Source: Ascidiella aspersa
Taxonomy: Eukaryota
Assembly (NCBI GenBank): GCA_963924565.1
Contig: OZ004614.1
Coordinates: 4,278,001-4,342,000, forward strand
Reading direction: 5' to 3'
DNA length: 64,000 nt
This document shows, one piece after another, positions 1 through 12,981 of this stretch (within the stretch, counting starts at the first letter, position 1; every line of letters starts with the position of its first letter). The notes below the pieces were generated by a model. The model did no database searches and had not been told where the DNA came from. It was given only the letters and a program-made list of their open reading frames with translations. A program made the translations under genes and the position numbers.

Positions 1-553
1 GGTAGTTCATTTTACATCTAAACCTCTATTCATTAAGTTCCAGTAACAGGTGTTTCAACACGTTAACTTAAAAGCGTGACAATAATAGTAGCTTGGTGGG
101 CTTGAAATGCCCAGTGAAGCGTGCTACCATCAACAGGAGCACAATAGTCGGTACGCCGAATTACCATCATTGATATCCGGTCAATGTTCATCGAACAATT
201 CCTACTCCGACAAATAATACAATCCTTTGCGGCGTTTTGAATCGTCTATTTTAAGCATTTTTAAAGGGCTGGTGTAAAAAGCATAGATAGGGGTAATAGA
301 AATGTCGAACCAATTGTTAGTTTATTCAATGATGCCAAATAGGTGTAAATTAATGTTTGTCGGCTGCGCTATGCTTGTTAAATGTTAGAATCCAATTCCA
401 CCATAGATTTCAAAGACAAACATTTAGGTTTTTTGTTGACATACTATTGAGGGAAAGATTTGCTTGAAACTTTGTTTAAAAATATTTAAATTTTGAAAGT
501 TAAGGAGATTTTGAAGAAAAAGTTTTCTTTTTAGAAAAAAAACAAGTAAATAC

Positions 554-1319
554 CTGTGAGTCGCATTTGGTGACCTCCTGCCTTCTCCTCGTTCCTGCGT
601 TTCTTCGCCTCCTTGCCTTCAGGACTCGCAAAGAGTTGGCGTTTCGAAACCGACCTCTGACCAGAAGCATCCTTTGCGGACGAGGACGATGACGTCACAC
701 TCGGTGACGTCACAGCAGGCGATGGCGAGGTGGTGACTTCACGGAGCGGTGACGTAACAGGGAGAGCGGCGCCGTCGAAGGTGGGGGCAGGGACGCGAAG
801 GGCGGTGACGAAACGAGCCAGTGACGTGTTAACGTTGCTGTGGGTGATTCTTGGAGGGCTGGCGAAGTTTAACCCTGTGCAAAGGGGGCGCGTGGGTTCG
901 ATGCGCTTGCCTGGGGCAGGGCTGGGGCTGGCGTTCTGGTCGCGGCAGGATAGGGGTAAGGGTGAAGGGCGGCTGGGGCGACGCGGCTTTTCAGAATGAT
1001 GCTTCCTGAAGGGTCGAGTGTAGAAGTGGGGAACCTTCTTACTGTCTTGGAGCTCCCATTCGTAGCGCTTGGCGGGGATCGGGGAAGCTGGGACGGTTTG
1101 GCGGGGATTCGAGCCTCGATTTTCGGCCGAAGTGAGTGATGACGGGTCGAAGTTCCAACCGTCGCGCAGACGCCGCGCTTCGCGGTCCATTGTTGCGTTG
1201 AGCATCTTTCTTGTTTCTGTCGGGTCGGACTTGCCGAAGAGCGACTTGCACGCCAAACGCGGTTTGCTGTTGTCCGACTGGCGCGAGAACACGGTCAAGC
1301 TGTTGCGGTCAATTGCCAT
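554..1319 (-). CDS. Cdkn1: Cip/Kip family cyclin-dependent kinase inhibitor (p21/p27/p57-like), main coding exon; paralog 1
   Basis: CDI-domain motifs in order: ACKSLFG (cyclin-binding), GWNFD (CDK-binding), RYEWELQDSKKVPHFY (cf. p27 KYEWQEVEKGSLPEFY). Also many S/T-P sites and a KKRR NLS. ATG at 1319. The ORF runs into a donor CAG|GTATTT (GT at 553-552) in phase 1 after QMRLT, so the ORF tail GIYLFFF is intronic. Acceptor ttttttctcgtAG| upstream (exon starts 1364). Confidence 0.92.
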
Positions 1320-1841
1320 TATGAAGTTGCAGATTCGATTTAAACTCTTACAACTGGAGAATTCCTACGAGAAAAAATAAGTCGGTTAACAACTTGCCTG
1401 TCCAGGCTTGCTCGGGCAAAACGCAAACATTTGATCAGGTTAACTCTACGCTGCCGAGTTCTTTCTAACAGCGCCGCGCACCACCGCCCGGTATTTCCAT
1501 GAATTGTGACGTCACATAACGTTTTGTGACGCACCGGTAGTTTTCTGTTTGAAGAATAACAACGGAAACTCATAGCGCGAAGGCTACCTCATATAGTAAA
1601 CAACAAGTAGCGGTTTTAATGCAGTAATGAATAATAACTTCACTAAATTAAAAGCTTAACATCCATGTTTATAATAATAACAAGCTATTCCTACTGTTTC
1701 CTAACTGTACATGGCAACTAAGTCGCCCTGTAGTAGCTGTACCTTTGGTAGTAGTAAAACGCTGCTATACCAACAACAGCCAACGGCCCAACTGGCAGCC
1801 TGGCACTTGTCCCGACGCGTTTACTACGCCGAGACTCGCAA

Positions 1842-1861
1842 ATACAAGCCCGGGCTTGCCT
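1842..1861. promoter_or_regulatory. Candidate p53-family response element
   Basis: ATACAAGCCC-GGGCTTGCCT matches RRRCWWGYYY x2 at 19/20 with no spacer, ~520 bp upstream of the Cdkn1 paralog 1 ATG. Confidence 0.6.
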
Positions 1862-1949
1862 GGCACCTTTCTTGCCGTTTTGAAGCTCAACCGTCTCAAC
1901 AGACCGTTGAAAACTCAATACTACGCTTCGCAAAGAAAGACTCGCTCTT

Positions 1950-2070
1950 TGTAAGGAGGCGCGCCGCCTTTTTCTCTCTACTCTTTTTTCTCTCTCTTTA
2001 AAAGTCGCGCGCTTTTGCCTTTTTCCTCCGCCGGCCCTCTCTGTCTCTCTCTCTCGAGAGAGAGCGCGAT
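1950..2070. promoter_or_regulatory. GC/CT-rich candidate core promoter of Cdkn1 paralog 1
   Basis: CT/GA tracts (ctctctctcgagagagag palindrome), GCGCGC boxes and a TTTTAAAG element on the minus strand in a CpG-rich segment. Confidence 0.35.
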
Positions 2071-3614
2071 AACATCTGTCGCCGCTCCCCAGAATAGAAA
2101 GGATTAAATCGATTCTGTACGCTCGGCTGGGCCAGAAGAAGCACAACACATGACAGGCATTATACGAGCGGCTGGCGTCGAACAACTGGGAAAACACATC
2201 GATTCCCGAGCTGACAGGTTGAACCTGCAAGAACTTGCGCCTTTTCCAGTTGCTTCTTAGGCTTTAAGTCGGATTTAAACGGATTTAGACAATGGCATTT
2301 ACATGGCTCAAACGCCATCTTGTTGCCCACTTTGTATAGTTCAAATCAAATCAATAACGTGTGATTTTTGTTTGAGGTTATTTGCCTTTATTAATTAACT
2401 AGTTTGATTGACACAGTATAAACTTCAGTCGAACTCTAACGCACTAATGTTATTTTCTAATTTGTACATTTTAAGTTTAAAACATTTGATGCAATGCATG
2501 ACCTCTTACAGGACTATGTCTGGTTATCTGTTTGAACAAATTTGCCCCAATATTAAATCCATAGACTCGAGTGGAAATTAGCTTAAGGCAAGACTTCTGG
2601 TACGCATTTTCTCGAGTTATTAAAACTTGGACAACATGAATAATACTCAGAAAATATTGTTTTTACTTAGTTTGTCTTAGTTAAGTGTATATCGCTCCAA
2701 CCAAACAGGGGTTTAGCAAAAAATCTTGAGCTTGGTGTTTGGTTATGTTTGGTTTACTATACATTGCAAGACCACTTGCATGTCATCGTAAATAAACAAC
2801 ACTCGGGTTTTATCGTCGTTGCTCGCTTTATGTTTGTTGTTCCAAGGCGTTTTAAACCGCGGGCAAATGCAAGACACGCAACGTTTTATCAACTGCTCGT
2901 AAATTGTTTGTAAACAATTTTAACTGGGTTGACTTTAGTTGAGGTAACACCAGGGGTAAGAGCAGAATAATTTTTTTTTTTTGAAAGCAGTGACACTTTT
3001 TCTTTTTGGAACGCATGAAAATGTTTAAAGATGTCGTCACAAAGTTACGTCATAACCGGATGTTTAAAAGAAGTATTTTTTCGGAAACCTAAGGTTACCT
3101 TTCGATGTAGTGCACAAATAAGCAACTGAAATCTTAGGTTAAATAAATTCAAGGAAATGGCAGAAAAGCCTGATTATAAACAAACTTGGCCCGGTAAAAA
3201 AATAACATTTTTTGGCCTATACGACGTACCTATAACTAATAATTTACCGAATAATAACACTGTGCACGCGGAACAATGTACCGCTAATTACGAATAAAAA
3301 GTAAATTAATAGAGTAAATTGACTCAAACTAAACAACTTCTTTCTTATTCCTACTACCTATACAGCTTATTACCTTAACGACAACACTTCGAGTGAAAGT
3401 CGAACAAGAATTGAATATGTACGTGAGTGGCTTGATCGTTTTAAACTTGCGATGTTTGCAGAAAAGCAAACTATTTTGTAAAAATATGTCGGTTATGGAA
3501 TTGACCTAATTTTCTTTGTCAATTGGGCCTGGAAGTTTGATATTATAACTTTTTGTTGCTGTTTTTCTTCGTCCTTGTTTTTGATTTTAACAAAACAAAT
3601 AGTAAACGAATTTT

Positions 3615-6600
3615 CGTTTATTTGTTATGTAAAGTAAATATGACTGACTGATTAATTGACCATTCGGATCGAAAACGTGTATCTCCAATTAAATCAATAG
3701 AATTAGATGGCAGTACAAGTTGTGTTAATCTACAAGGTATTAAATCCTACTTGAACACATTGCCCAACTAAACAACACAAGGCGCATTAATCTCGAAACA
3801 AAAGCACCGAGAAGTCGGTTTGTTCAACGTCACATTTTCCATTGTTCGCTCACAAAGCAAGGTCGGGCGATTAACAGAGCGACAGTTGTTCGTCAACAAT
3901 TCAACAACTGTCGACGCAATAACTTCCAGAAAACTGTCGCTTTTCAAGCAGCGCACGCAGCTCGCGTGTCGCCCATTGTTACGTCAGAGGTGCAGTGTGA
4001 CGTAACAAAGCGCCGTTCAATTTCAAAGCCTTCGACCAAAGGCGATAATTTGTATCTGGCCTCTCCAAGCCGCCCGATGTTCAACATATGGTCCAGGCCC
4101 GCCACCCCCACGAAACGCGCGCGCTCGTCGGCTGTTGCCGTGTGACGTCACAATGCGACAGATGGAAGAGTGAAAGTGCAACCGGGCGCGCGCGCTTTCC
4201 ATTGTTGGCTAATAAAGTGCGATTGTGCGTGGATGGAATGGGATAAGTTCAAGCAAAAACGTTTTAATGTGATTTTAGATTTAACAAATTGACGCAAATG
4301 CGGTTAAAGTTTCTCGTTTGAAGTTATAAAAGTAATTTTAACTCTTTTTTCACAGGTTATAAAACCATCTAGTACAAGTAATGGCCGACATATCGCCAGC
4401 TAAAATGCAAGCGCCCAAATGAAATAGAAAAAGTTAATTTGAAACATAGAACCAAATATTAAATGACAAATCGTTTTTTTGTATTTTTTTAGCCACAATT
4501 ACAAATTTAGCATCTTTGTCTAGCATTTCAAAAAAATATACATTAAACGACCTTTAAAGTTTACTTGCAAAGAGTTAAGTCGTTAGCTTGTTTAAAAACT
4601 GTAGCTCTGAAGATAGCGTTACATAAATTAACAAAAAGTTCAGATGTTGATTAGACAACCATCAGTCCGCAATATTCCGACTGCATTTTGCTCGAACTTG
4701 CCAAGTTAGTCGTGTTAACACTTATTCCTTTTTAAGGTGTAATGTTTTTGATTCCCCCCAAAAGGAAATGAGTCAGTTGGTATGACGTAACCAAAACCAG
4801 GGGTATTCCATAAACGACATTTAAGCCCCGGTTTGGCGTTTAAGCGAAGCAAAATGCAACGTAGCGTGTATCCTGTGTCATGCCGTTTTACAGCTTATAG
4901 AAATGGTTTATCTCACGAAGTTGCCTTACCACAAAAAACAAAAAAATACAGAAAAATAAAGTAACTTGTATTTGGAGCATAATAGGTTGGAGGTTGTAGT
5001 GTTGTATTAGACTAAGAATGAAACTAAATGCCCATACAGAAGTAGGGTACCATGTTGAAAGTGGATTACTATTTTGAGACACTTTTAGAATTGCTACCAT
5101 ACTTCTGGATGGGCTTTGGCATGCTTTCGTCGGATAAAATTGCATTAATTATTCATTACGAAATGTTTAAGATTTCCATATAAGCTTACATTTGCTTAAT
5201 ATCTAGGACTGACGAAATTTGTTTCACCTCAAATAAAATAAGTAAAAAACAAAACCCTTCATGCATGTTGTAAGTTCTAATGTCTTAGTTTTAAACAACT
5301 TCCTAATAGTTTTATAGTAGTCTTTGGTTTGGTTAACAGGATGCCTGACGTGATATTGTTATTATTTCATAAATAATCTGATTATTATTACGTCATACAA
5401 AACATTGCGTGATATCATGAGTTGTTCCCTTTTCATCAAAGTTATTTCCTTCGACTCCAAATCGACGTTTGTACTTCAGCTTAGCGCCGTCGTGACCATT
5501 GTTACATCATAGAGCGACTTCCCTCACCGACGCCTTTTGTGTTCAATGTGACGTCATAAATATGTGCTAAAACATACATTAGGACACAACAAATGAAGAA
5601 CACTGGTGGTTACACTATCGCAAGCTATGTTACAGCAGCATACCGAATTATGTTACAGCAGCATACCGAACAAACGAATATACATTTAAGTGTTTTCATT
5701 TTGCTGTCAATTTATATGGCCTTAATGGTGTATTACACTTGTCAATTTACTCCAATGTTAGGATCAAAATAACCAGAGTTAGGTTGTTCTTTGATACCCG
5801 GTGTACATATCTGTCATATTAACAGCACATATTCCCGGCAGAGTCGCACAATTTCCCTAAGGTCCACACAATTGACAATCAATCAATCAATCAACATTGG
5901 ACTAGTTCCTTTCACTGAGTCTCTAGGATTTGCAAAATGCGCTTCAACATGTAAGATTCACCAATCAGGTGCTTCATACAGGTCACGTGTCTACAAATAA
6001 TTCAGAATCCTTGTTTTCTCCAAACGTTTGGATAGTTGAACGCTAAATTATAGGGTCATAACTATTTATGGCTTGTGGCAACATGAAGAAAACATAAATA
6101 TATTGCGGCACCCCCACTAGAATTTTCGCGGAGTAACTCACTATAATATAATGTCAAGTGGTTTACTATAAATAAACGAAACTGGAACAAGACAATTAAA
6201 CTCAAAGCAAAGTAGAAGTTATATTTTGATCTATTTATATTCTATAATCATACATAAAGAGTAAAAGGCTTCGCAATAATAGCAAAAATAAATTTCTAAA
6301 GATTTTAAAATATCTCGCGGCACCCTTGAGCATTAGAAATAGCACCCAGTGTACCGCAGCAACGCGGTTAAGAACCACTGCGCTAAACCCATCAGAATCT
6401 TTAAATCTAAACCGAACGGTGCATCGTATGTAGCACATGCAGCTTTAACCACGTGGCACCGCGGAGCGATCTGATTGGCTGTTGGGTGCGCAGGTGTGTT
6501 CGACCAGCCCTCATCCTTTGGATGTATATTTTTACTAGGAACACGCCACCAAGAAACCGTATATAGGGCTGCGGCAGCCGAATATAGGCACGCCTATATT

Positions 6601-7267
6601 TAAATACCGTGTAGGCCTGCAGAACATGTCGAGCAAACACGGTGATTGTTTTTACAACAGGGAATTAAACCACGGGTTTTACTGAGGGCACGCAAAGCAT
6701 TTGTTCGCTTTGTAAATCCTTGCAATGTTTTTAACCAAGAACAATCGTCTATTTGACAGGAATTTATACCTCTTTGCCTCGTAATACTGTTAGCAAGTCT
6801 GTCCCTGGGTAAAATGATGTTCCGCTTCTATTTTGGTTAACTATAACAACAAGCATGTTCCGTATTACAACCGTTTGTATCTTGTATGTAAATGTCCACC
6901 GGCAAAGGATTCCTTAAATGTTGACATGATTGACAGCCTGTGTACATTTATAGCGCATAGACTTAAAACCAGTGCTGTATGGAATTACATCGGATTTTTA
7001 ACACAATCTAATGCATTGTTTTACATGCTCACTAAGCAAACAATGGAAACTGCGACGTTGAACAAACAGACTTCTCGATGCGTTTGTTTCGAGATTAATG
7101 CGCCTTGTGTTGTTCAGTTGGGCAATGTGTTCAAGTAGGATTAAATACCTTATAGCTAACACAACTTGTATTGCCATCTAATTCTATTAATTTAATGAAA
7201 GATACTTGTTGTCAACCTGCGTGGGTAATCAATCAGTCATTTTTATTTTGCATGTAAAATAAACAAA
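3615..7267. repeat. Dispersed inverted duplication, arms ~3615-3850 and ~7035-7267
   Basis: Arms are reverse-complementary with high identity (both ORF tracks translate ...TLNK.TSRC.CFEINAPCVV). Confidence 0.88.
5626..5670 (+). repeat. 22-bp tandem duplication
   Basis: tatgttacagcagcataccgaa x2 with a 1-nt spacer. Confidence 0.9.
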
Positions 7268-10200
7268 AGCGCAGTTAATGCTTCTTTTCAAAAACTTTTG
7301 CCAAAAAGTTAGCCTTTGACTAACATTTAAAGTTCTTGACGAAGTAGTTCGTCAAGGAAAAAAATACTGTTGTGTTTCAGCAATTAAAAACAACATAAAG
7401 TTGATGACGTCATCTAAATTAAAAATCGGAAAATTACTTTTTTTACGCTTCTTGTTACATTTTGGTAACTGGGGAAAACTATTTTGGCGGAATGATTTCC
7501 CTATGTTACTCTAAACAAGAACACCAATCGCACAACACAGGGGTTGCGTGGTTATTGGATTTGTTTTATCTCAACAGGTGGTAACTTACTAAATATTTTT
7601 TCTGTAAAATCAACATTAGCAAAACATATAAGCATATGATGAAAAAAACTATACTTCCTCCGTAAAAAAATTACAGCTATATCTTATCGAAACATTCTTT
7701 GTTAAAGCAAAGGCTAAGAGAGAAAAAACTTCCATAGGCGATACCAGAACAAATCACCAATTTAAGACGTTATTTAAAGCGGTGAAATCGTAAAACGAAG
7801 GTTCAGTGGGCCAGAGGGAAGTAATTTACCGAGTTTCTTGCGTCCTGGTTCAACTTAGATCGGGTCACACACAGTGGCGAAAGTGACCTAGTGCTAAGTA
7901 GGTGTCGCCTGGCACATTTACAACCTGGCACCAAACCTCAAACTGGGTTCTGTTGGTTCTGGCCGCTTGCTGCAGGAGACGGAGTGAACTCTGCGTTGTG
8001 AGACTAAAAAATAAAATCGTCGTACGTTCATTTATTATATGTGACCGATAATATTAGATCAGAGCCGATACGCGATATCAAGTGGAAGTTGTACGATACT
8101 AGGTATCGGTTCCGATCGGATAACGTAATTATAGAAATACATTGCAGCGCTTTTGCCTTTTGATTTTTTTTAAATAAGAAGTAATCGATAAAGATAACTA
8201 AGCTTTCTTAACTCTAAGACTCAACCACAAAACACAACCAAATTCTAAATCAGTGTTTATTTTACATTTTTATCTCCGAGAAACCACTTTTAATTTTTAT
8301 GGCTTTTTGGAACTGCGACTCAACAAGTTTTTTTGTTTTTGTGACACTTTTAGGGACACTATACGCTGCGCTCTATGAGAACCGGAAGCAATCTTGATCA
8401 AATCGAAATTTAATCTATTTAGTATTAGGAGTAATTATTTATACTTTTCGGAAGCGGCTAGATATCATAAAAAATTGAAATCTACTATTTTTTGGCATAG
8501 AATCATCACTTGGTATCGACGTTAAACAGATACTTTCCCAAATAGAATGCAACATATGCTTACGATTACACGACAACATTTATTTATTGCTACCGTAGCT
8601 GCCAAGACAATCCATCACCGTATATCTAGAGAGTCATAGTGTTTAAAATACAATATTTCATATTTGAATCTTTTGTAATCTATCAGAAATCCAGAGATAC
8701 ATAAGGAAGCTAGGACAATCAATCACCGTACAAGTACATACATATAGAATTCGTATATTGACAGACGGCCTCAACGGTTTGCGACAATTCCGCGTCGTTG
8801 AAATGACCGCCGATAAAGCGGGACCACAAACAAACCAAGGCAGAAGTGCCTACACTTGAGTGCTGGTTGTCTGTGACATAAACAACACAACGGAACATCT
8901 CCAGCCTTCAACCAGTCAAGTTAACAGTGGCTTGACGCCCCCTCAGCACAAGTATGCTTTCAGACCCTTGTCGCCGACAAACTGACAGTATTTGAGTGCT
9001 CTTGTGAGTTGCGTGAGTGACAGATGGCTGAAGAGGAATAAAGTTCATTGTTGATAAATGATTTGAATTGGTTCTTCTGTTTCGATTAGTGATTAATAGC
9101 GACATCGATTTCTAAGGGTTGGAAAAAAGTCACGTTCCGCTTTTGCTGTAATCTTCCACGAGAGGCTATTTTAAAGCAAAGGACAAGCACCAACAAGTTT
9201 TATCATGCCATTTTTAAGTAATTAGTGAAGTCCTGCTTGGTTGTTATTCGAGTTTTAATGAAAATGTACAGATTATAGCTGTTTGTGTTTGTATTAGGCC
9301 ATCAAATGAATACTTGCATCACAAGCAAACCAAAAATATTTTTAACCGAATCCAGAAAATTTCTGTGATGGTTCACTCTAAGTGTGGCGACTTCCATATT
9401 CATACAGCACCTATTCAGGGGTTAAACTTGCTGTGGTTATTAAGGGTAAAAAATGTTACACCTAAATAGGCTTTTAAATTCGAATTGTGGCCACCTCCAT
9501 GTTTATTCCACACAAAGAGAGATCGCTTCCCTGGGTACAGGCACACCTGTTACCGTTTCACACCAGCACTTATCTTACTCAAATACGGCGTACAAGCGGC
9601 CGCACAGCACAGCACGCAACGTTTACCACATTAGGCCTGTTTACCACCTCAAATATCAACCTTTTGACCCTTGGTTAAGCTAGGGGGGCACTTGTGTACC
9701 CACAAAAGAGTTAGTTAAATATCAACTTTTAAATTGTGATTGGTTCTCTTTACACCGTAGTGTGGACTTTGCGGTTAATTTTTCCTCAATTTGTTGTTAC
9801 AAATCGGTTTTTAAACTTTAAATCCTGTCCAATGTTCAATTGCGACGATCACAGGACATATACGCCTCCGGGATGGTTAAACATAAACTTTCCGCTTACA
9901 TAACCGTTGGTGAATTATTGTTTTGTAATGTTTCCAGTTGTTTGTAAAAGCCTATGGTAACATATTATTGCAGCCGGGGTTTGAAGTACAAAATCCAAAC
10001 AAATAAATAACTAAGCGACTTTGTTCAAGTAGCTTCGGAACCTTTAACTATATTTACTAAATCACTGCATATGTTTTAAACAAGAATCTGGTTCGTGTTG
10101 TATATCTTAGAAAATATGTTTATATTTTACTTATAAGAGTAAGAAAATTACTTTCTTTGGTGAATAGTGCGTAATAAAACCGACCCTCGCGCGTTTTAAT

Positions 10201-11234
10201 CTTTTTACTTGACGTTGCAAGAAACGCTTAGAAATAGTCTTAAGCCTTATATAATTGCAACCAACAAACCGAATCAACTACAAACAGTGGATATTGTACT
10301 GAGCCCAAACCACCCTAAGGTTGTTACTAATGTCTTTAATGTTGGATTTCTAAAACTGGGGCGCACCTTGGAGTTCGTCAATTAGTTTTAAAACTATGAA
10401 TGAAGGTCGAATTAAGACTTGGTGCATACCTTGAAAAATGGATTGAATTTTCAGGGTTTAATATAAACAAACAACTGGGCGCCTAAACTTATATGTTTTT
10501 AGGCCGAATTTCATTTTTATACTTGCACATGAGTTCGACCGAAAACAGCAGGTTTTTTAAATCTGCCTATTTCTGACTCGTGTCCAAGAACATATTTGTA
10601 AGTCGGGTGCACGTTTAAAAAGTTTTAGAACCCTTCTCTCAATGTATTAAGGCAAAATGTTCACGGGTCAGCAGAGGCCAAAACTTTCAAATTTAATCGT
10701 GAGAAAACTTCCTTTCAGCCTGTTTCCAGCGATCCTAGTGGTCCTCAGTTGGTCTGCGGTTTGTTTGAACTAACCACGCTGAGTTTTGAACATGCGTGGT
10801 GGCTGGAAGTTGCTTGGGTTGGGTAATATTAAGGTAGATACACATCTAGGTTCACTTAATGTTAACCCCCCACTTTGGTAAGCATTTATTCTTTATTATT
10901 TGCCGTTAATTTTTAAGCAAAGTTTGATCGACAGACAGACGCCATATCGCGGTCAACTAAGGGTGCCAAGAGATATTTGTGAATCTAGAATGTTTTGATT
11001 TTTGCTCTCTTGATAAGCCTCTTCATGCTATACTGTTTTTCACTATTAGAGTGCAATACATCAAATATTTTCCTATGTGTGTTTCGTGGTTGTGTTGTTT
11101 CAAATTAGTTTAAAGTGACATTAAACTGACCACTTAAATAATTATTCTAAAGGGGCCCCACTGACTATTTATTTTTCTCTGGGGGGCTCTAAGTTATACA
11201 AGGCTACTAGGCTAGGCATCACTACATATATAAT

Positions 11235-11482
11235 GCGGTTGAATGGTTTCTCAGTTGGCAGAGCGACGGTCCCGGCTTGACCGGAGGTCGTGAGTTCGAA
11301 CCTCACTGCAGGCTAGTTGTTTTTCTAGTCTGCTCTGCTTGCATCATAGATCAACAGATTCGGTGAGTCTGCGATGGCTTTCGGTGTACTAATTATACGT
11401 AAGCCGTAGTCGTTGGTCAAAAAGCAGCTTCGAAGGGCTAGATCTCAGTTTATTAACACACATATGTGTGAATGTTTCATTG
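11235..11482 (+). mobile_element. tRNA-derived SINE
   Basis: A-box-like TCTCAGTTGGCAGAGCG and B-box GAGTTCGAACC (11292-11302) without a proper cloverleaf; the 3' body recurs at ~22811-22878. Confidence 0.7.
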
Positions 11483-12633
11483 TCTCGTAAAAGACAACAA
11501 AATCACATTGACTCGTTGCCTTATATCCATCTTATTTCAATTTAATCCGAACGTTAGTTAAACCAAACCTTGTATTTAAATGAGAATTTTAATAGCAAGG
11601 AAATTTAATAGCAAAGGGCACCATAAAAAGGTGAAAACCTCCATAAAACAAAACTTGGTAATGGTTTGACCGTGAAGCCCGTATATTGCTTCCCACCACG
11701 AGCAAATTCAAATAAACCTCGTCAATTTCACCAGCTGTGTAAAACTCGATTTTAGGTTGAAATGCTTTGTGTGCTCAACAGTTACGCGGCGGTTGCGAGA
11801 CCAGCTGATTCAACCCGCTCGGTAAACCACATAAAATCGACCGGTGCTTTTGGCAAACTCAAACACCGTATAGGCTGTGGTTTATTACACTGCTCCGCAA
11901 CGATTTTTCACTTGCGGCAAACGAAAAAGCTTTTAAATTTTCACACCCACGCACGAATATACCTTGAACGATGTTAAACACATATGAACCGATTGCTTAG
12001 CACTGGTTAATTACTGATTTTATGCTTATTAATGTTATTGTTTTAACCTAAGGGGTTTATGATATATAGTTTCATTTTGGGGGCCGTGGATAACATATCA
12101 AGCATTTACAGTAACAGAACCGTTGCATTATTCCTATTTCCTTATAATCTCTATTCCTATTTTCCTTATAAAGACCTGTTTAAGCTCTTGGTTTTTTACG
12201 ATTCTTTAAATACATTTATTTCGTTGCTTTTTGTATTTAGACCATTATTTTTTTTAACACGGATTAAAACGCTTTTCAATCGGTGGTTTCCAGTTTTAAC
12301 CATTTGTTAGAACTGTTTCAGTTTCTATGTTAATCAAGGGTAACAGTAGAATAATATTTACCGGAGCGCAGGAGATTTTTCGGAAATGACGTCACAAAGT
12401 TACGTAATAACGAGCGTCATTACCAGACCAGCCTTAAGAAACCTGGACTTTTTATCATTTGATGTGGTAAACAAATACGCAGCAAGAAAGGCAAACATAG
12501 TTTCTGGACATACATGACCTTAAGGAAAAGGAACATCTTTTTAACAGTCGCCATTCCAGCTTACTTTCGCCTCTGGTGTGAATTAAACAATGCAATGCTC
12601 AGTATAAATCAGAAGTGTTGTAGTGACTTACGT

Positions 12634-12981
12634 CAGTGTTTTCAAAAGACTTGACTTGACTTAAGTCTTTTTAGCAATATTTCTTGACCTGAGTTAAATC
12701 TTTTTGGCAAAATTACTTGACTTGACTTAAGTTTTTCAGACAAATCACTTGGGTGAAATGAAGTGGTTTCATTGAACATTTTTAATGAAATTTGCTTATT
12801 TATTCTACTTTTTGCACATAAACAATTTGCTTGCGTTCTAGCCATTTTTCAGTTAAGGAATGTGCATAATCGAACGGGAATGTGCAATTTTTATGACTAG
12901 GACTTGATGTAAAATTGACTGACTCTGAATGTGACTTGACACGGACTTAATTTATTTTAAAATGACTTGTTTCCATCACTG
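12634..12981. mobile_element. MITE-like element, GACTT-rich family
   Basis: CAGTG...CACTG ends with internal GACTTGACTT arrays; related copies at ~40705-40810, 46710-47072 and 63085-63582. Confidence 0.6.

Noticed and set aside
202-245. Candidate last exon of CKI paralog 1 (aatAG|AC GAT TCA..., giving DDSKRRKGLYYLSE*)
   Set aside because: Poor polypyrimidine tract and it does not complete the PIP box; the real exon is more likely outside the window, though this is not excluded.
531-553. C-terminus GIYLFFF of the 262-aa ORF (and GNFRPD...ICLC, 37680-37747, of the 263-aa ORF)
   Set aside because: Read-through into introns past canonical donors at a conserved position.
1718-2230. 170-aa minus-strand ORF upstream of CKI 1
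   Set aside because: Non-ATG start; crosses CT/GA microsatellite promoter-like DNA; no homology features.
11235-11312. Functional tRNA gene
   Set aside because: Acceptor stem does not pair and there is no clean anticodon arm; it continues into repeat body, so it was called a SINE.
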